Positions 1-8,637 of a stretch of 33,141 bases of DNA are shown piece after piece. Numbering within the stretch: position 1 is the first letter of the stretch; every line of letters starts with the position of its first letter. The stretch spans positions 1 through 33,141 of the forward strand of contig CAYVIU010000003.1 of NCBI GenBank assembly GCA_964451625.1, read 5' to 3'. Under the pieces are notes generated by a model. That model was not told the origin of the DNA. It did not search any database and saw only the letters and a program-made list of their open reading frames with translations. The translations under genes and the position numbers were made by a program. The DNA is from an uncultured Planctomycetia bacterium. Its GTDB lineage: Bacteria; Omnitrophota; Gorgyraeia; JABMRJ01; CAYVIU01.

Positions 1-2
1 GC

Positions 3-140
3 ACAATAGGAAAGTTTTTGACGGAAGAGAAGATTTATAATGACGTGGAGGCTTTCGTAGAAGATATAAGAAAGCATCCATGGAAATTACTCCATAAGAA
101 GAGAGAGAAAAAACCCAAGAAAGAGAGGAAGAAAAGATGA
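3..140 (+). CDS. 3' fragment of MlaD/MCE-family protein (truncated by window edge)
   Basis: My translation of frame 3 gives TIGKFLTEEKIYNDVEAFVEDIRKHPWKLLHKK...KKR*. This resembles the C-terminal GTIGKL...LY...DI..HPW pattern of MlaD-family proteins. The TGA at 138-140 overlaps the next ATG (ATGA). Confidence 0.65.
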   Translation, partial: TIGKFLTEEKIYNDVEAFVEDIRKHPWKLLHKKREKKPKKERKKR

Positions 141-1174
141 TGACCCTAATATATATACGCATTTTTTTCGTATTATTAAGTACTATCGTAGGGTATTACA
201 TCGGCTCAATGCTCAGGGGTATTATGCCTTATGCAGAGCTTACGGGAATCACGTTTGGTTTTGGAGGGGGGCTGGCAATAATAGCCCTTGAGATAGCTAT
301 GAGAAAGGCCTCCATAAGAAACCTTTCGGCCGCAGTGTTCGGCCTGGTGTTCGGTTTCTTTATGGCATGGATACTGACAAGGGTCCTGATCCTGATTCCA
401 ATGGATCAGAATGTTTTCCTTGCGGTACAGATATGCCTCATACTTGTGTTCTGCTATCTCGGAATGGTGATAGCGATGCGGGGCAAGGATGAGTTCAATC
501 TGATCATCCCGTATGTAAAATTTTCAAGGCAGGATAAAAAGGACGACCTTATCCTTATTGACACATCTGTGATAATCGACGGCAGGATTGCCGATATATG
601 CCAGACCAAGTTCATTGAGGGGAGGCTTGTCATCCCGAGATTTGTACTGAAGGAATTACAACAGATAGCCGATTCACAGGATGTGTTAAAAAGGACACGC
701 GGCAGGCGCGGGCTTGATATTCTCCACAAGATCCAGAAAAACACACACGTTGACGTTGTTATTCATGAGGAAGATTTCCCTGAGATCGGGGACGTGGATG
801 CCAAGCTTGTAAAACTTGCACAGCTTTTGAGCGCAAAGGTGTTGACGAATGATTTCAATCTCAATAAAATTGCCGAACTTCAGGGCGTGCCGGTATTAAA
901 CCTGAATGACCTGGCGAATGCATTAAGGCCGGTTGTCCTTCCGGGCGAAGAACTCGAGGTAAGGATTACCAAAGAAGGCAAGGAATACAACCAGGGCGTT
1001 GCCTATCTCGATGATGGAACCATGATTGTAGTTGATAATACCCGTCATCTCATAGGCCAGAACGTAAAGGTTATAATTACAAGTGTCCTCCAGACTTCTG
1101 CCGGCAGAATGATATTTGCCAAGACAGAGGAATCGCCCAGGCCCAGACAGGGCGGCCGCAGGGAAAGACGTTGA
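137..1174 (+). CDS. PIN/TRAM domain membrane protein (YacL-like)
   Basis: Four N-terminal hydrophobic helices, PIN motifs DTSVIIDGRI, RGRRGLDIL and TNDFNLNK, TRAM motif GVAYLDDGTMIVV...QTSAGRMIF. Sits upstream of ispD-ispF as yacL does in Bacillus. Confidence 0.93.
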   Translation: MMTLIYIRIFFVLLSTIVGYYIGSMLRGIMPYAELTGITFGFGGGLAIIALEIAMRKASIRNLSAAVFGLVFGFFMAWILTRVLILIPMDQNVFLAVQICLILVFCYLGMVIAMRGKDEFNLIIPYVKFSRQDKKDDLILIDTSVIIDGRIADICQTKFIEGRLVIPRFVLKELQQIADSQDVLKRTRGRRGLDILHKIQKNTHVDVVIHEEDFPEIGDVDAKLVKLAQLLSAKVLTNDFNLNKIAELQGVPVLNLNDLANALRPVVLPGEELEVRITKEGKEYNQGVAYLDDGTMIVVDNTRHLIGQNVKVIITSVLQTSAGRMIFAKTEESPRPRQGGRRERR

Positions 1175-1866
1175 AAATAACAGCAGTTGTACCGGCAGCA
1201 GGCGCAGGCAAGAGGATGAAAAAAAGGGCGGGAAGGAAGCCCTTTTTCATTCTTGGGAAAAGGCCTATACTTGCCCATACGCTGTCACGGCTTCAGAGAT
1301 CGCCCTATATAAAGGAGATTATACTAGTACTCGATAAGAATGATATAACGAAAGGCCGTAGATTAGTAAAGGCCTACAGGTTAAGCAAGGTAACCGGGAT
1401 AACAGTCGGTGGAAAGAGCCGTTTTGAGTCAGTGCAAAAAGGCCTTGGGTGTGTGGGGAAGGGAACCGAGCTCGTACTTATTCATGACGGCGCCAGGCCG
1501 TTTCTTAAGCAGTCAATTATAAAAGATACCATTAATGCAGCAAGGCGTTCCGGCGCGGCAATAGCCGCAGTGCCTGCTACTTCCACTATTAAGTTTGTAA
1601 AAAAGAATAGAGTAATCTACTCCACGCCTGACAGGGATAAATTGTGGATAATAGCAACGCCCCAGGTCTTTAAATATAAATTGCTGTTGACCGCATATAA
1701 GAAGGGTTCGGGGTGCAAAAGTAAAATTTTTGATGACGCAGGCCTGGTTGAGCGTCTCGGCAGAAAAATAAAGGTAGTGCAGGATTCATCCAGCAATATA
1801 AAGATAACAACTCCGCTTGATCTTGCGATCGGGGAGGCAATTTTAAAATACGGGGGTAGCAAATGA
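1171..1866 (+). CDS. ispD: 2-C-methyl-D-erythritol 4-phosphate cytidylyltransferase
   Basis: [29 protein letters not shown] and [10 protein letters not shown] motifs. TTG start overlaps the upstream stop. Confidence 0.95.
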   Translation: MKITAVVPAAGAGKRMKKRAGRKPFFILGKRPILAHTLSRLQRSPYIKEIILVLDKNDITKGRRLVKAYRLSKVTGITVGGKSRFESVQKGLGCVGKGTELVLIHDGARPFLKQSIIKDTINAARRSGAAIAAVPATSTIKFVKKNRVIYSTPDRDKLWIIATPQVFKYKLLLTAYKKGSGCKSKIFDDAGLVERLGRKIKVVQDSSSNIKITTPLDLAIGEAILKYGGSK

Positions 1867-2351
1867 AAATCGGGATTGGTTTTGACCTGCATCGCTTTAC
1901 AGAAGGCCGCAAATTAATGCTTGGAGGCGTTGAAATACCATACGTGAAAGGGCTGGAGGGGCATTCCGACGCCGATGTTTTAGTCCATGCCATATGCGAT
2001 GCAATCCTGGGGGCCATAGGAGAGGGTGATATAGGCAAGCATTTTCCCGACACAGACCCTAAATATAGAGATATCTCAAGCATCGGTCTTTTACAGGAAG
2101 TAAAGAAAATAGCCAAGGAGAAAAGATTCTCCATAGGAAACGTTGATACCATCCTTGTCATGGATGAGCCGAAGATAGAACCTTTCAGAAAAGACATGAA
2201 AGAGATTATAGCCAAGGCCTTGAGTGTAGGACCCGGCCAGGTCAACATAAAGGCAACTACAAGTGAAGGCGTAGGCACAATCGGCAGGGGTGAGGCAGTG
2301 GCCGCCCATGCAATAGTGCTGTTGGCCACGGAGAAAAGGGCGCGGCGATAA
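1863..2351 (+). CDS. ispF: 2-C-methyl-D-erythritol 2,4-cyclodiphosphate synthase
   Basis: [34 protein letters not shown] and NIKATTSE motifs. Confidence 0.97.
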   Translation: MKIGIGFDLHRFTEGRKLMLGGVEIPYVKGLEGHSDADVLVHAICDAILGAIGEGDIGKHFPDTDPKYRDISSIGLLQEVKKIAKEKRFSIGNVDTILVMDEPKIEPFRKDMKEIIAKALSVGPGQVNIKATTSEGVGTIGRGEAVAAHAIVLLATEKRARR

Positions 2352-2362
2352 TATAAATTAAA

Positions 2363-3802
2363 ATGATAAGAGTAAGATTCGCACCCAGCCCGACTGGGTA
2401 TCTGCACATAGGGAACGCAAGGACCGCATTTTTTAACTGGTTATTTGCAAAGTCAAAAAATGGCAAGTTCATTTTAAGAATCGAAGATACGGATATTGCA
2501 AGGTCTAAGGATACATATTCCGAAAAGATACTCGAGGACTTAAAGTGGCTTGGCATTGATTGGAATGAAGGGCCTGACATAGGAGGCCTGTTTGCCCCGT
2601 ACAGGCAGTCCGAGAGGCTTGAACATTATAGAGAGTTTGCAGGACAGCTGATAAGTGAGGGAAAGGCGTATCCGTGTTTCTGCACTGATGAAGAACTCAA
2701 GGAAAGAAGGGCCGCTGCCCTTAAAAAGGGGCTTCCCCCGCGTTATGACGGCCGCTGCAGAAAGCTTGATGCATCCATGGCTGATGAATTAAAGAAAAAC
2801 AATAAGCCCTTTGCCCTCAGATTCAAGGTCCCTGATAAAAAGTTGATAGTTGATGACCTCATAAAGGGTAAGGTTGAGTTTGACACCTCTCTCATAGGCG
2901 ACTTCGTAATCATGAAATCTGCCAATACCCCATCTTTCAATTTTGCTGTTGTATGCGATGATTATGCAATGAAGATTTCTCATGTGGTAAGGGGCGAGGA
3001 CCACCTTTCCAATACCCCGAAACACATGCTTTTATTTGAGGCATTAGGTGCGGCATCGCCCAGATATGCCCATATGTCGCTTACGACTGCTCCGGGGGGC
3101 GTGCGGCTTTCAAAGAGGACCGGGGCGACGAGTATAGCAAAATATAAAGAGCTTGGCTATCTGCCGGAAGCCCTGATGAATTACCTTGCGCTTCTGGGCT
3201 GGGCGCCCGAAGACGATAAAGAGATTGTGTCTATAGATGAAATGGCAAAAGAATTCAAGATAGAAAGGCTTTCCAAATCCAGCGAGGCCTTTGATCCTGC
3301 AAAACTGGACTGGATGAGCGGAATGTATATAAGGAATGCGGATCTCGGGCTTCTTACAAATCTTGCTATTCCGTACATGATTGCAAAAAAATTCATAAAA
3401 AACAGTGATGCCAAGAAAAAGTTCAGTGAACTTAAAGGCATTGTAGCGGCTGTACGCGACCATCTGGCATGTATGTCCGAGATAACAGAGCATGTCGGGA
3501 TATTCTTCAATGAAAAAATCAAAATTAAGGATAAAAAGCTGAAAGAGGTAGTGAAAACCAAAGAGGCAAAGCTCGTCCTGGCATCATTTCTTAAGAATCT
3601 TGAGAAGATAGACAAATTAAATGAAGAAAGTTTTGCCCCGCTTGTAAAACTGGTTGCAGAAGAGACCTCTTTAAAAGGAAAGAACTTATATGTGCCTCTG
3701 AGGGCGGCCATTACAGGCGAACCCCACGGGCCTGAACTTAAACTGATACTGCCTATCCTGGGAAAGGATAGGTGTATTAAGAGAGTTAAACAATTATTGT
3801 AA
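2363..3802 (+). CDS. gltX: Glutamate--tRNA ligase
   Basis: RFAPSPTGYLHIGN, LRIEDTD, YRQSER, SHVVRGEDHLSNT and LSKR motifs, plus C-terminal anticodon domain (PLRAAITG..HGPEL). Confidence 0.97.
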   Translation: MIRVRFAPSPTGYLHIGNARTAFFNWLFAKSKNGKFILRIEDTDIARSKDTYSEKILEDLKWLGIDWNEGPDIGGLFAPYRQSERLEHYREFAGQLISEGKAYPCFCTDEELKERRAAALKKGLPPRYDGRCRKLDASMADELKKNNKPFALRFKVPDKKLIVDDLIKGKVEFDTSLIGDFVIMKSANTPSFNFAVVCDDYAMKISHVVRGEDHLSNTPKHMLLFEALGAASPRYAHMSLTTAPGGVRLSKRTGATSIAKYKELGYLPEALMNYLALLGWAPEDDKEIVSIDEMAKEFKIERLSKSSEAFDPAKLDWMSGMYIRNADLGLLTNLAIPYMIAKKFIKNSDAKKKFSELKGIVAAVRDHLACMSEITEHVGIFFNEKIKIKDKKLKEVVKTKEAKLVLASFLKNLEKIDKLNEESFAPLVKLVAEETSLKGKNLYVPLRAAITGEPHGPELKLILPILGKDRCIKRVKQLL

Positions 3803-3822
3803 AAAAAGAGTAGAGGTGAAAC

Positions 3823-4539
3823 ATGGTATGCATAAACACGGTTCTTATATTGCTCGGAATAGTAGCAGCATGGCTTTTATTCGTAGGTATTGTATTCAGA
3901 GGCGAGGTAAAGGCATGCTTTGAGCGGGATCCCGCGGCGGTTAATTTTGTAGAGGTGCTCCTTACATATTCAGGGCTTCACGCGATAGTGTTCTACAGGA
4001 TTGCACACAGGCTCTTGAAGATGCGCATACCCTTAGTGCCCAGGATGCTTTCACAATTTGCCAAGTTTATCACAGGCATTGAAATACACCCGGGGGCTAC
4101 AGTAGCAAACGGCCTCTTTATCGACCACGGCATGGGTGTTGTAATCGGCGAGACCTCTGTAATAGGCAATAACGTCACGCTTTTTCAGGGTGTGACCCTG
4201 GGCGGAACAGGCAAAGAGCGCGGCAAGAGGCATCCCACGCTCAGCAACAACGTTGTGGTGGGCACAGGGGCCAAGATCCTCGGAAACATAACCATCGGCG
4301 ACAACGTACAGGTAGGGGCCAACGCAGTAGTCCTGCGCGATGTACCTACAGGATCCACTGTCGTAGGCGTCCCCGGCAGGATTGCCAGAAGAGAGGGGAA
4401 GAAGCTCTTCGGAATCAACCTCGACCATACGAAACTGCCGGATCCTTTAGCCCAGGCCCTGGACAAGCTCCAGCACGAAATAGACTTTATCGAATCAAAG
4501 ATGAAAGACTGGCACAAAGAACAGGAGGGGAAAAAGTAG
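3823..4539 (+). CDS. cysE: Serine O-acetyltransferase (EpsC/CysE type) with hydrophobic N-terminal extension
   Basis: [33 protein letters not shown] and [13 protein letters not shown] motifs. GAGGTG Shine-Dalgarno just upstream of the ATG. Confidence 0.95.
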   Translation: MVCINTVLILLGIVAAWLLFVGIVFRGEVKACFERDPAAVNFVEVLLTYSGLHAIVFYRIAHRLLKMRIPLVPRMLSQFAKFITGIEIHPGATVANGLFIDHGMGVVIGETSVIGNNVTLFQGVTLGGTGKERGKRHPTLSNNVVVGTGAKILGNITIGDNVQVGANAVVLRDVPTGSTVVGVPGRIARREGKKLFGINLDHTKLPDPLAQALDKLQHEIDFIESKMKDWHKEQEGKK

Positions 4540-4766
4540 CCGAGCAAGCCTGCTTGCTCTCAGCCACTCAAAAAATTGTGTTAAGGCTTTCTCCCTTGAA
4601 TTTATACAATTTGCTCATTAAAAAAGGGGCCAGGCACAGTAGATAAACAAAGGCCTGGCAAGGAATTGCTCATACGCATGTTAATGGAAACCTACATTTT
4701 TTTAATTCGCAAATTGTTAAATTCTACGGTCGAAAGCAGGGCTGCTCACAAGCAGGCTTGCTCGGC
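4539..4766. repeat. 228-nt nested inverted-repeat element (MITE/REPIN-like or structured ncRNA)
   Basis: Perfect 18-bp terminal inverted repeat GCCGAGCAAGCCTGCTTG (4539-4556) / CAAGCAGGCTTGCTCGGC (4749-4766), plus five nested internal pairings. Confidence 0.8.
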
Positions 4767-4829
4767 CAATAGATAGCGCAAAAAAAATTAATGTCTCGCT
4801 TACAATGCCAAAAAGCCATACAAATACTT

Positions 4830-6230
4830 ATGGAAATATACAACACTCTTACGAGAAAAAAAGAAAAGCTTGATGAAAAAAAGATAGGCATGTATGTGTG
4901 CGGGCCTACTGTATATGATGAATCACACATAGGCCATGCAAGAAGTGCGTATATCTTTGATATTATAGTAAGGTTTCTGAGACACGAAAAGAAGAAAATT
5001 ACGTTTGTGCGAAACGTTACAGATATAGATGATAAGATCATTGATAGGGCGCGTCTTGAACCGGGCCAGGAAGATTTAAAGATTAAAGTCCGGAAAATAG
5101 CAGAAAAATATCTGAATCGTTATCATGAAGATATGCAAAGCCTGGGATTGATAAAACCTGACATTGAACCAAAAGCAACCGAAACAATAAAGGATATGAT
5201 CAAATTTGTGCAGGTTTTGATTAAACGAGGCTACGCATATGAAGCATCAGGCAACGTATATTTTAGTGTAAGAAAGTTTGAAGAGTATGGCAAGCTTTCA
5301 GGCCGGAGTCCCGATCAGATGATGGAAGGGGCGCGTCTTGCTCCTGACAAGAATAAAAAAGATCCTTTAGACTTTGCTCTTTGGAAACGATCCAAGGGTG
5401 ATGAGCCTTCCTGGCTAAGCCCATGGGGAGAGGGCAGGCCTGGTTGGCATATAGAGTGTTCTGTGATGAGTACAAAGTATCTAAAGAACAACTTTCTCAT
5501 TCATGGTGGAGGTCTGGATTTAGTCTTTCCACATCATGAAAATGAAATTGCTCAGACCATATGTGCCGGAAAAAAGAGCGCCAAATATTGGATTCATAAC
5601 GGCCTTCTGACGATAAATAACCAAAAGATGGCAAAATCATTGGGCAATTTTATAACGATTAAGGATTTCCAGGCAAAGCACAAAGATTTAGATGCATTAA
5701 AATTGTTTTTCCTATCAAATCATTACAGGCATCCGGCGGATTATACAGAGGAAAAAATTGAAGAAATGAAAAAGGCTAAGCAAAGGATCGGATTCCTTCT
5801 TTACAAAATTAAAATGGCTAAAAAAATACATAAAAAAAGTGATCCAAATGAACCGCTAAAGATTCATGAAATAGAGGAAAGTAGAAAAAAATTTATTGAA
5901 GCTATGGATAATGATTTTAATACGCCAAAAGCCCTGTCTTACATTTTTGACCTGGTATCTTTGGGGTATGGATTATTGGCAGCAAGAAATTTCAATCGCG
6001 CAGGGGATGCAGGAGCTGCTGTATCGGAATTGTGCGCAATTTTAGGAATCCAGATAGAATTTGAAATAATATTAGATGAAGAAGAAGAGAAGCTTGTTCA
6101 AGAAAGGGAAAAAGCAAGGCTTTGCAAGGATTTTAACAAGGCAGATGAAATCAGACAGCAATTGTTTAGTAGAGGCGTTATATTAGAGGATACCAAGGAA
6201 GGTACCATAGCATGGCGAGAAAAACTTTGA
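4830..6230 (+). CDS. cysS: Cysteine--tRNA ligase
   Basis: MYVCGPTVY, HIGHAR, NVTDIDDKII, DFALWK, GRPGWHIECS, FPHHENE and KMAKSLGNF motifs. Start moved to ATG 4830 (MEIYNTLT) to match the usual CysS N-terminus; the ORF track starts at 4791. Confidence 0.97.
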   Translation: MEIYNTLTRKKEKLDEKKIGMYVCGPTVYDESHIGHARSAYIFDIIVRFLRHEKKKITFVRNVTDIDDKIIDRARLEPGQEDLKIKVRKIAEKYLNRYHEDMQSLGLIKPDIEPKATETIKDMIKFVQVLIKRGYAYEASGNVYFSVRKFEEYGKLSGRSPDQMMEGARLAPDKNKKDPLDFALWKRSKGDEPSWLSPWGEGRPGWHIECSVMSTKYLKNNFLIHGGGLDLVFPHHENEIAQTICAGKKSAKYWIHNGLLTINNQKMAKSLGNFITIKDFQAKHKDLDALKLFFLSNHYRHPADYTEEKIEEMKKAKQRIGFLLYKIKMAKKIHKKSDPNEPLKIHEIEESRKKFIEAMDNDFNTPKALSYIFDLVSLGYGLLAARNFNRAGDAGAAVSELCAILGIQIEFEIILDEEEEKLVQEREKARLCKDFNKADEIRQQLFSRGVILEDTKEGTIAWREKL

Positions 6231-6844
6231 AAAAGGGATTATTTATTACGTTTGAAGGGGTTGAGGGGTGCGGGAAGAGCACGCATTCAAGAGCTGTTTA
6301 TAACAAGCTTAAGAGGCGGGGCTTCGATTGTATTTATATCCGTGAGCCGGGCGGGACTAAGATAGGTGAGAAGATCCGCAGGGTTCTCCTGGACAGGAAG
6401 AACAAAGAGATGTCTGACAGGACCGAACTATTTTTATTTGAGGCGAACAGGGTGCAGATTACACAGGAAGTGATTATACCGGCCCTGAAAAAGAAAAAGA
6501 TCATTATATGCGACAGATTCTTTGATTCCACGACTGCCTATCAGGGGTATGCAGGAGGGCTTAACATAGGTTTGATTGAAAAAATGAATAGATTCGCATC
6601 AGGCGGTATCACACCTGATTTAACATTGGTTTTGGATGTGAAACCTAAGACAGGCCTCTTAAGGGCAACCGAAAAAAGAAAAAGGGACAGGATGGAATCA
6701 AAGGCCCTTTTATATCACAATCGCGTAAGCGCCGGATACAGAAAACTGGCAAAGCGGCACAGAAGGATCAAACTCATAAAGGTTCAGAAGGATAAAGCAA
6801 AGACACAAAAACTCATCTGGGAAAGAATAGAGAATGTCATTTAA
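6212..6844 (+). CDS. tmk: Thymidylate kinase
   Basis: FITFEGVEGCGKST P-loop, REPGGT, CDRFFDSTTAYQG and PDLTLVLD motifs. Confidence 0.96.
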   Translation: MARKTLKKGLFITFEGVEGCGKSTHSRAVYNKLKRRGFDCIYIREPGGTKIGEKIRRVLLDRKNKEMSDRTELFLFEANRVQITQEVIIPALKKKKIIICDRFFDSTTAYQGYAGGLNIGLIEKMNRFASGGITPDLTLVLDVKPKTGLLRATEKRKRDRMESKALLYHNRVSAGYRKLAKRHRRIKLIKVQKDKAKTQKLIWERIENVI

Positions 6845-7802
6845 GGATATAAAGGGCCAGGATAAGGCCATAGAACTTCTTGTATCAGGCATAAAGCAAA
6901 AAAGGCTCGCCCATGCCTATCTATTTGCAGGGCCTGAGTCAATAGGAAAAGGCAAGGCTGCCCAGACACTGGCCAAGACCCTCAATTGCGAGGAAGAAAA
7001 ACTCGATTCCTGCGACAAATGTCCTTCCTGCCGGAAGATAGATAACGGCAATCATCCCGACGTGCACTGGATATCCCCCGAGGGGAGAGGGGATATTATA
7101 AAGATAGAAAAGATAAGATGGCTCAGGCAGAATATCAGCCTGAAGCCGTATGAGGCAAAGGCAAAGTTTTATATTATTGACAAGGCGCACAAAATGAATG
7201 ATGCCGCCTCAAATGCGCTCCTTAAGACATTGGAGGAACCGCCCGCCAATTCCATTTTGATTCTGATATCTCAAAACCCGGAACGGCTTTTTTATACAAT
7301 AAAATCGCGCTGCCAGAAGGTCAATTTTAAGGCAATGGACCAGGATGCGCTGGCGCGCATCCTGAAGGATGAATACAATTTATCCAGCGAGAAGAGCCAC
7401 TTCTTCTCATTTTTTTCATCAGGCAGGATCGGAAAGGCCATTCTGCTTAAAGATGAAAACACGCTTGAGTGGAAAAACCGGCTCATAGACGAATTTATAG
7501 ATAGAGGATCTGTTTTTGATGAGGAAAGCGCGTTTTTTAGCAATGAAAGAAAAAATATTCTGGAGGCCCTCGGCATATTGGCCACGTGGTATAGAGATAT
7601 ACTGGTTATGAAGACATCAGGTGCGGAGGAACTTGTTATAAACAGGGATCGGGTCAGAGATTTAAAAAAATCAACATCCAATTACTCTCAAGATACCATC
7701 TTAAGTTTACTGGAGGATGTAAGAAAGACAAGCATACTCATACAGCAGAATGTAAACCCGAAACTCGCACTCAGTTCCCTGGCTTCCAGGGCGGAGGTAT
7801 GA
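6834..7802 (+). CDS. holB: DNA polymerase III subunit delta'
   Basis: HAYLFAGPESIGK, zinc motif C..CDKCPSC, HPDV, NALLKTLEEPP and TIKSRC. Follows tmk. Confidence 0.95.
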   Translation: MSFKDIKGQDKAIELLVSGIKQKRLAHAYLFAGPESIGKGKAAQTLAKTLNCEEEKLDSCDKCPSCRKIDNGNHPDVHWISPEGRGDIIKIEKIRWLRQNISLKPYEAKAKFYIIDKAHKMNDAASNALLKTLEEPPANSILILISQNPERLFYTIKSRCQKVNFKAMDQDALARILKDEYNLSSEKSHFFSFFSSGRIGKAILLKDENTLEWKNRLIDEFIDRGSVFDEESAFFSNERKNILEALGILATWYRDILVMKTSGAEELVINRDRVRDLKKSTSNYSQDTILSLLEDVRKTSILIQQNVNPKLALSSLASRAEV

Positions 7803-7803
7803 A

Positions 7804-8637
7804 ATGCACGAAGTGATTCAGGTGAGATCCGGCGAAACAGGGAAGATCAGCCGTTTTTCCACTGTTTCCATGAAGTTTAAGATAGGCGATATTGTCATTG
7901 TAGAGCAGGACAGGGGGCTCGGATGGGGAGAGGTTGTATCAGAGGCCGAGACAGATGTTGATAAAAGAATAGAAAAACCCCTGCGCAAAGTGATAAGGGC
8001 CGCTACCCCCGGAGACAAGCATCAGATAGACAGAAACAAAAAACGCGTGAAGGATATCATGGCCGCATGCGAGGAAAAGATAAAAGAGCACAAGCTTAAT
8101 ATGAAGCTCATCGAGGCCGAATATGCCTTTGACCGCTCAAAGATCACATTTTACTTTACAGCCGACGGGAGAGTGGATTTTAGAGAGCTCGTTAAAGACC
8201 TTGCAAAGCAGTTTAAGGCAAGGATAGAGCTTAAGCAGATAGGTGTGCGTGATGAGGCAAAACTCCTGGGCGGGCTGGGCCCCTGCGGAATGAAGCTCTG
8301 CTGTGCAAGATTTTTGAAAAATTTTGAACCTGTTACAATAAAGATGGCCAAGGAGCAGAACCTGCCGCTTAACCCCACAAAGATTTCAGGGTTGTGCGGG
8401 CGCCTTATGTGCTGTCTGGGATATGAACACCAGACCTACAGATCTCTCATGAAGGGTATGCCCCGGGAAGGGCATGTTATAAAAACCAAACAGGGAAAAG
8501 GCAAGGTAATAAGCGTAAATGCCCTGAAGCGCGTTGTAACAGTGGAACTTGAAGGCGGCAGGCTTACAGATATTTCATACGGAAAATGTGAAAAATGTGA
8601 AAAGCATGAAAAACACGAAAAACATGAAAAGCACTAA
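7804..8637 (+). CDS. ricT: PSP1-domain / stage 0 sporulation family protein (RicT/YaaT-like)
   Basis: FYFTADGRVDFRELVKDLA, RIELKQIGVRDEAK, GPCG..LCC and KISGLCGRLMCCL motifs. holB-yaaT-metG synteny. Confidence 0.9.
   Translation: MHEVIQVRSGETGKISRFSTVSMKFKIGDIVIVEQDRGLGWGEVVSEAETDVDKRIEKPLRKVIRAATPGDKHQIDRNKKRVKDIMAACEEKIKEHKLNMKLIEAEYAFDRSKITFYFTADGRVDFRELVKDLAKQFKARIELKQIGVRDEAKLLGGLGPCGMKLCCARFLKNFEPVTIKMAKEQNLPLNPTKISGLCGRLMCCLGYEHQTYRSLMKGMPREGHVIKTKQGKGKVISVNALKRVVTVELEGGRLTDISYGKCEKCEKHEKHEKHEKH
8584..8637 (+). repeat. Six degenerate 9-bp tandem repeats spanning the ricT/metG overlap
   Basis: aaatgtgaa aaatgtgaa aagcatgaa aaacacgaa aaacatgaa aagcactaa, encoding KCE KCE KHE KHE KHE KH*. 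Confidence 0.9.

Noticed and set aside
3803-3822. T-box leader expected between gltX and cysE by analogy with Bacillus
   Set aside because: The gap is only 20 nt. I also found no GGTGGNACCGCG T-box motif in the cysE-cysS gap.
4539-4766. Calling the element a CRISPR array or an autonomous IS
   Set aside because: Repeats are inverted rather than direct with spacers, and there is no cas gene or transposase ORF.
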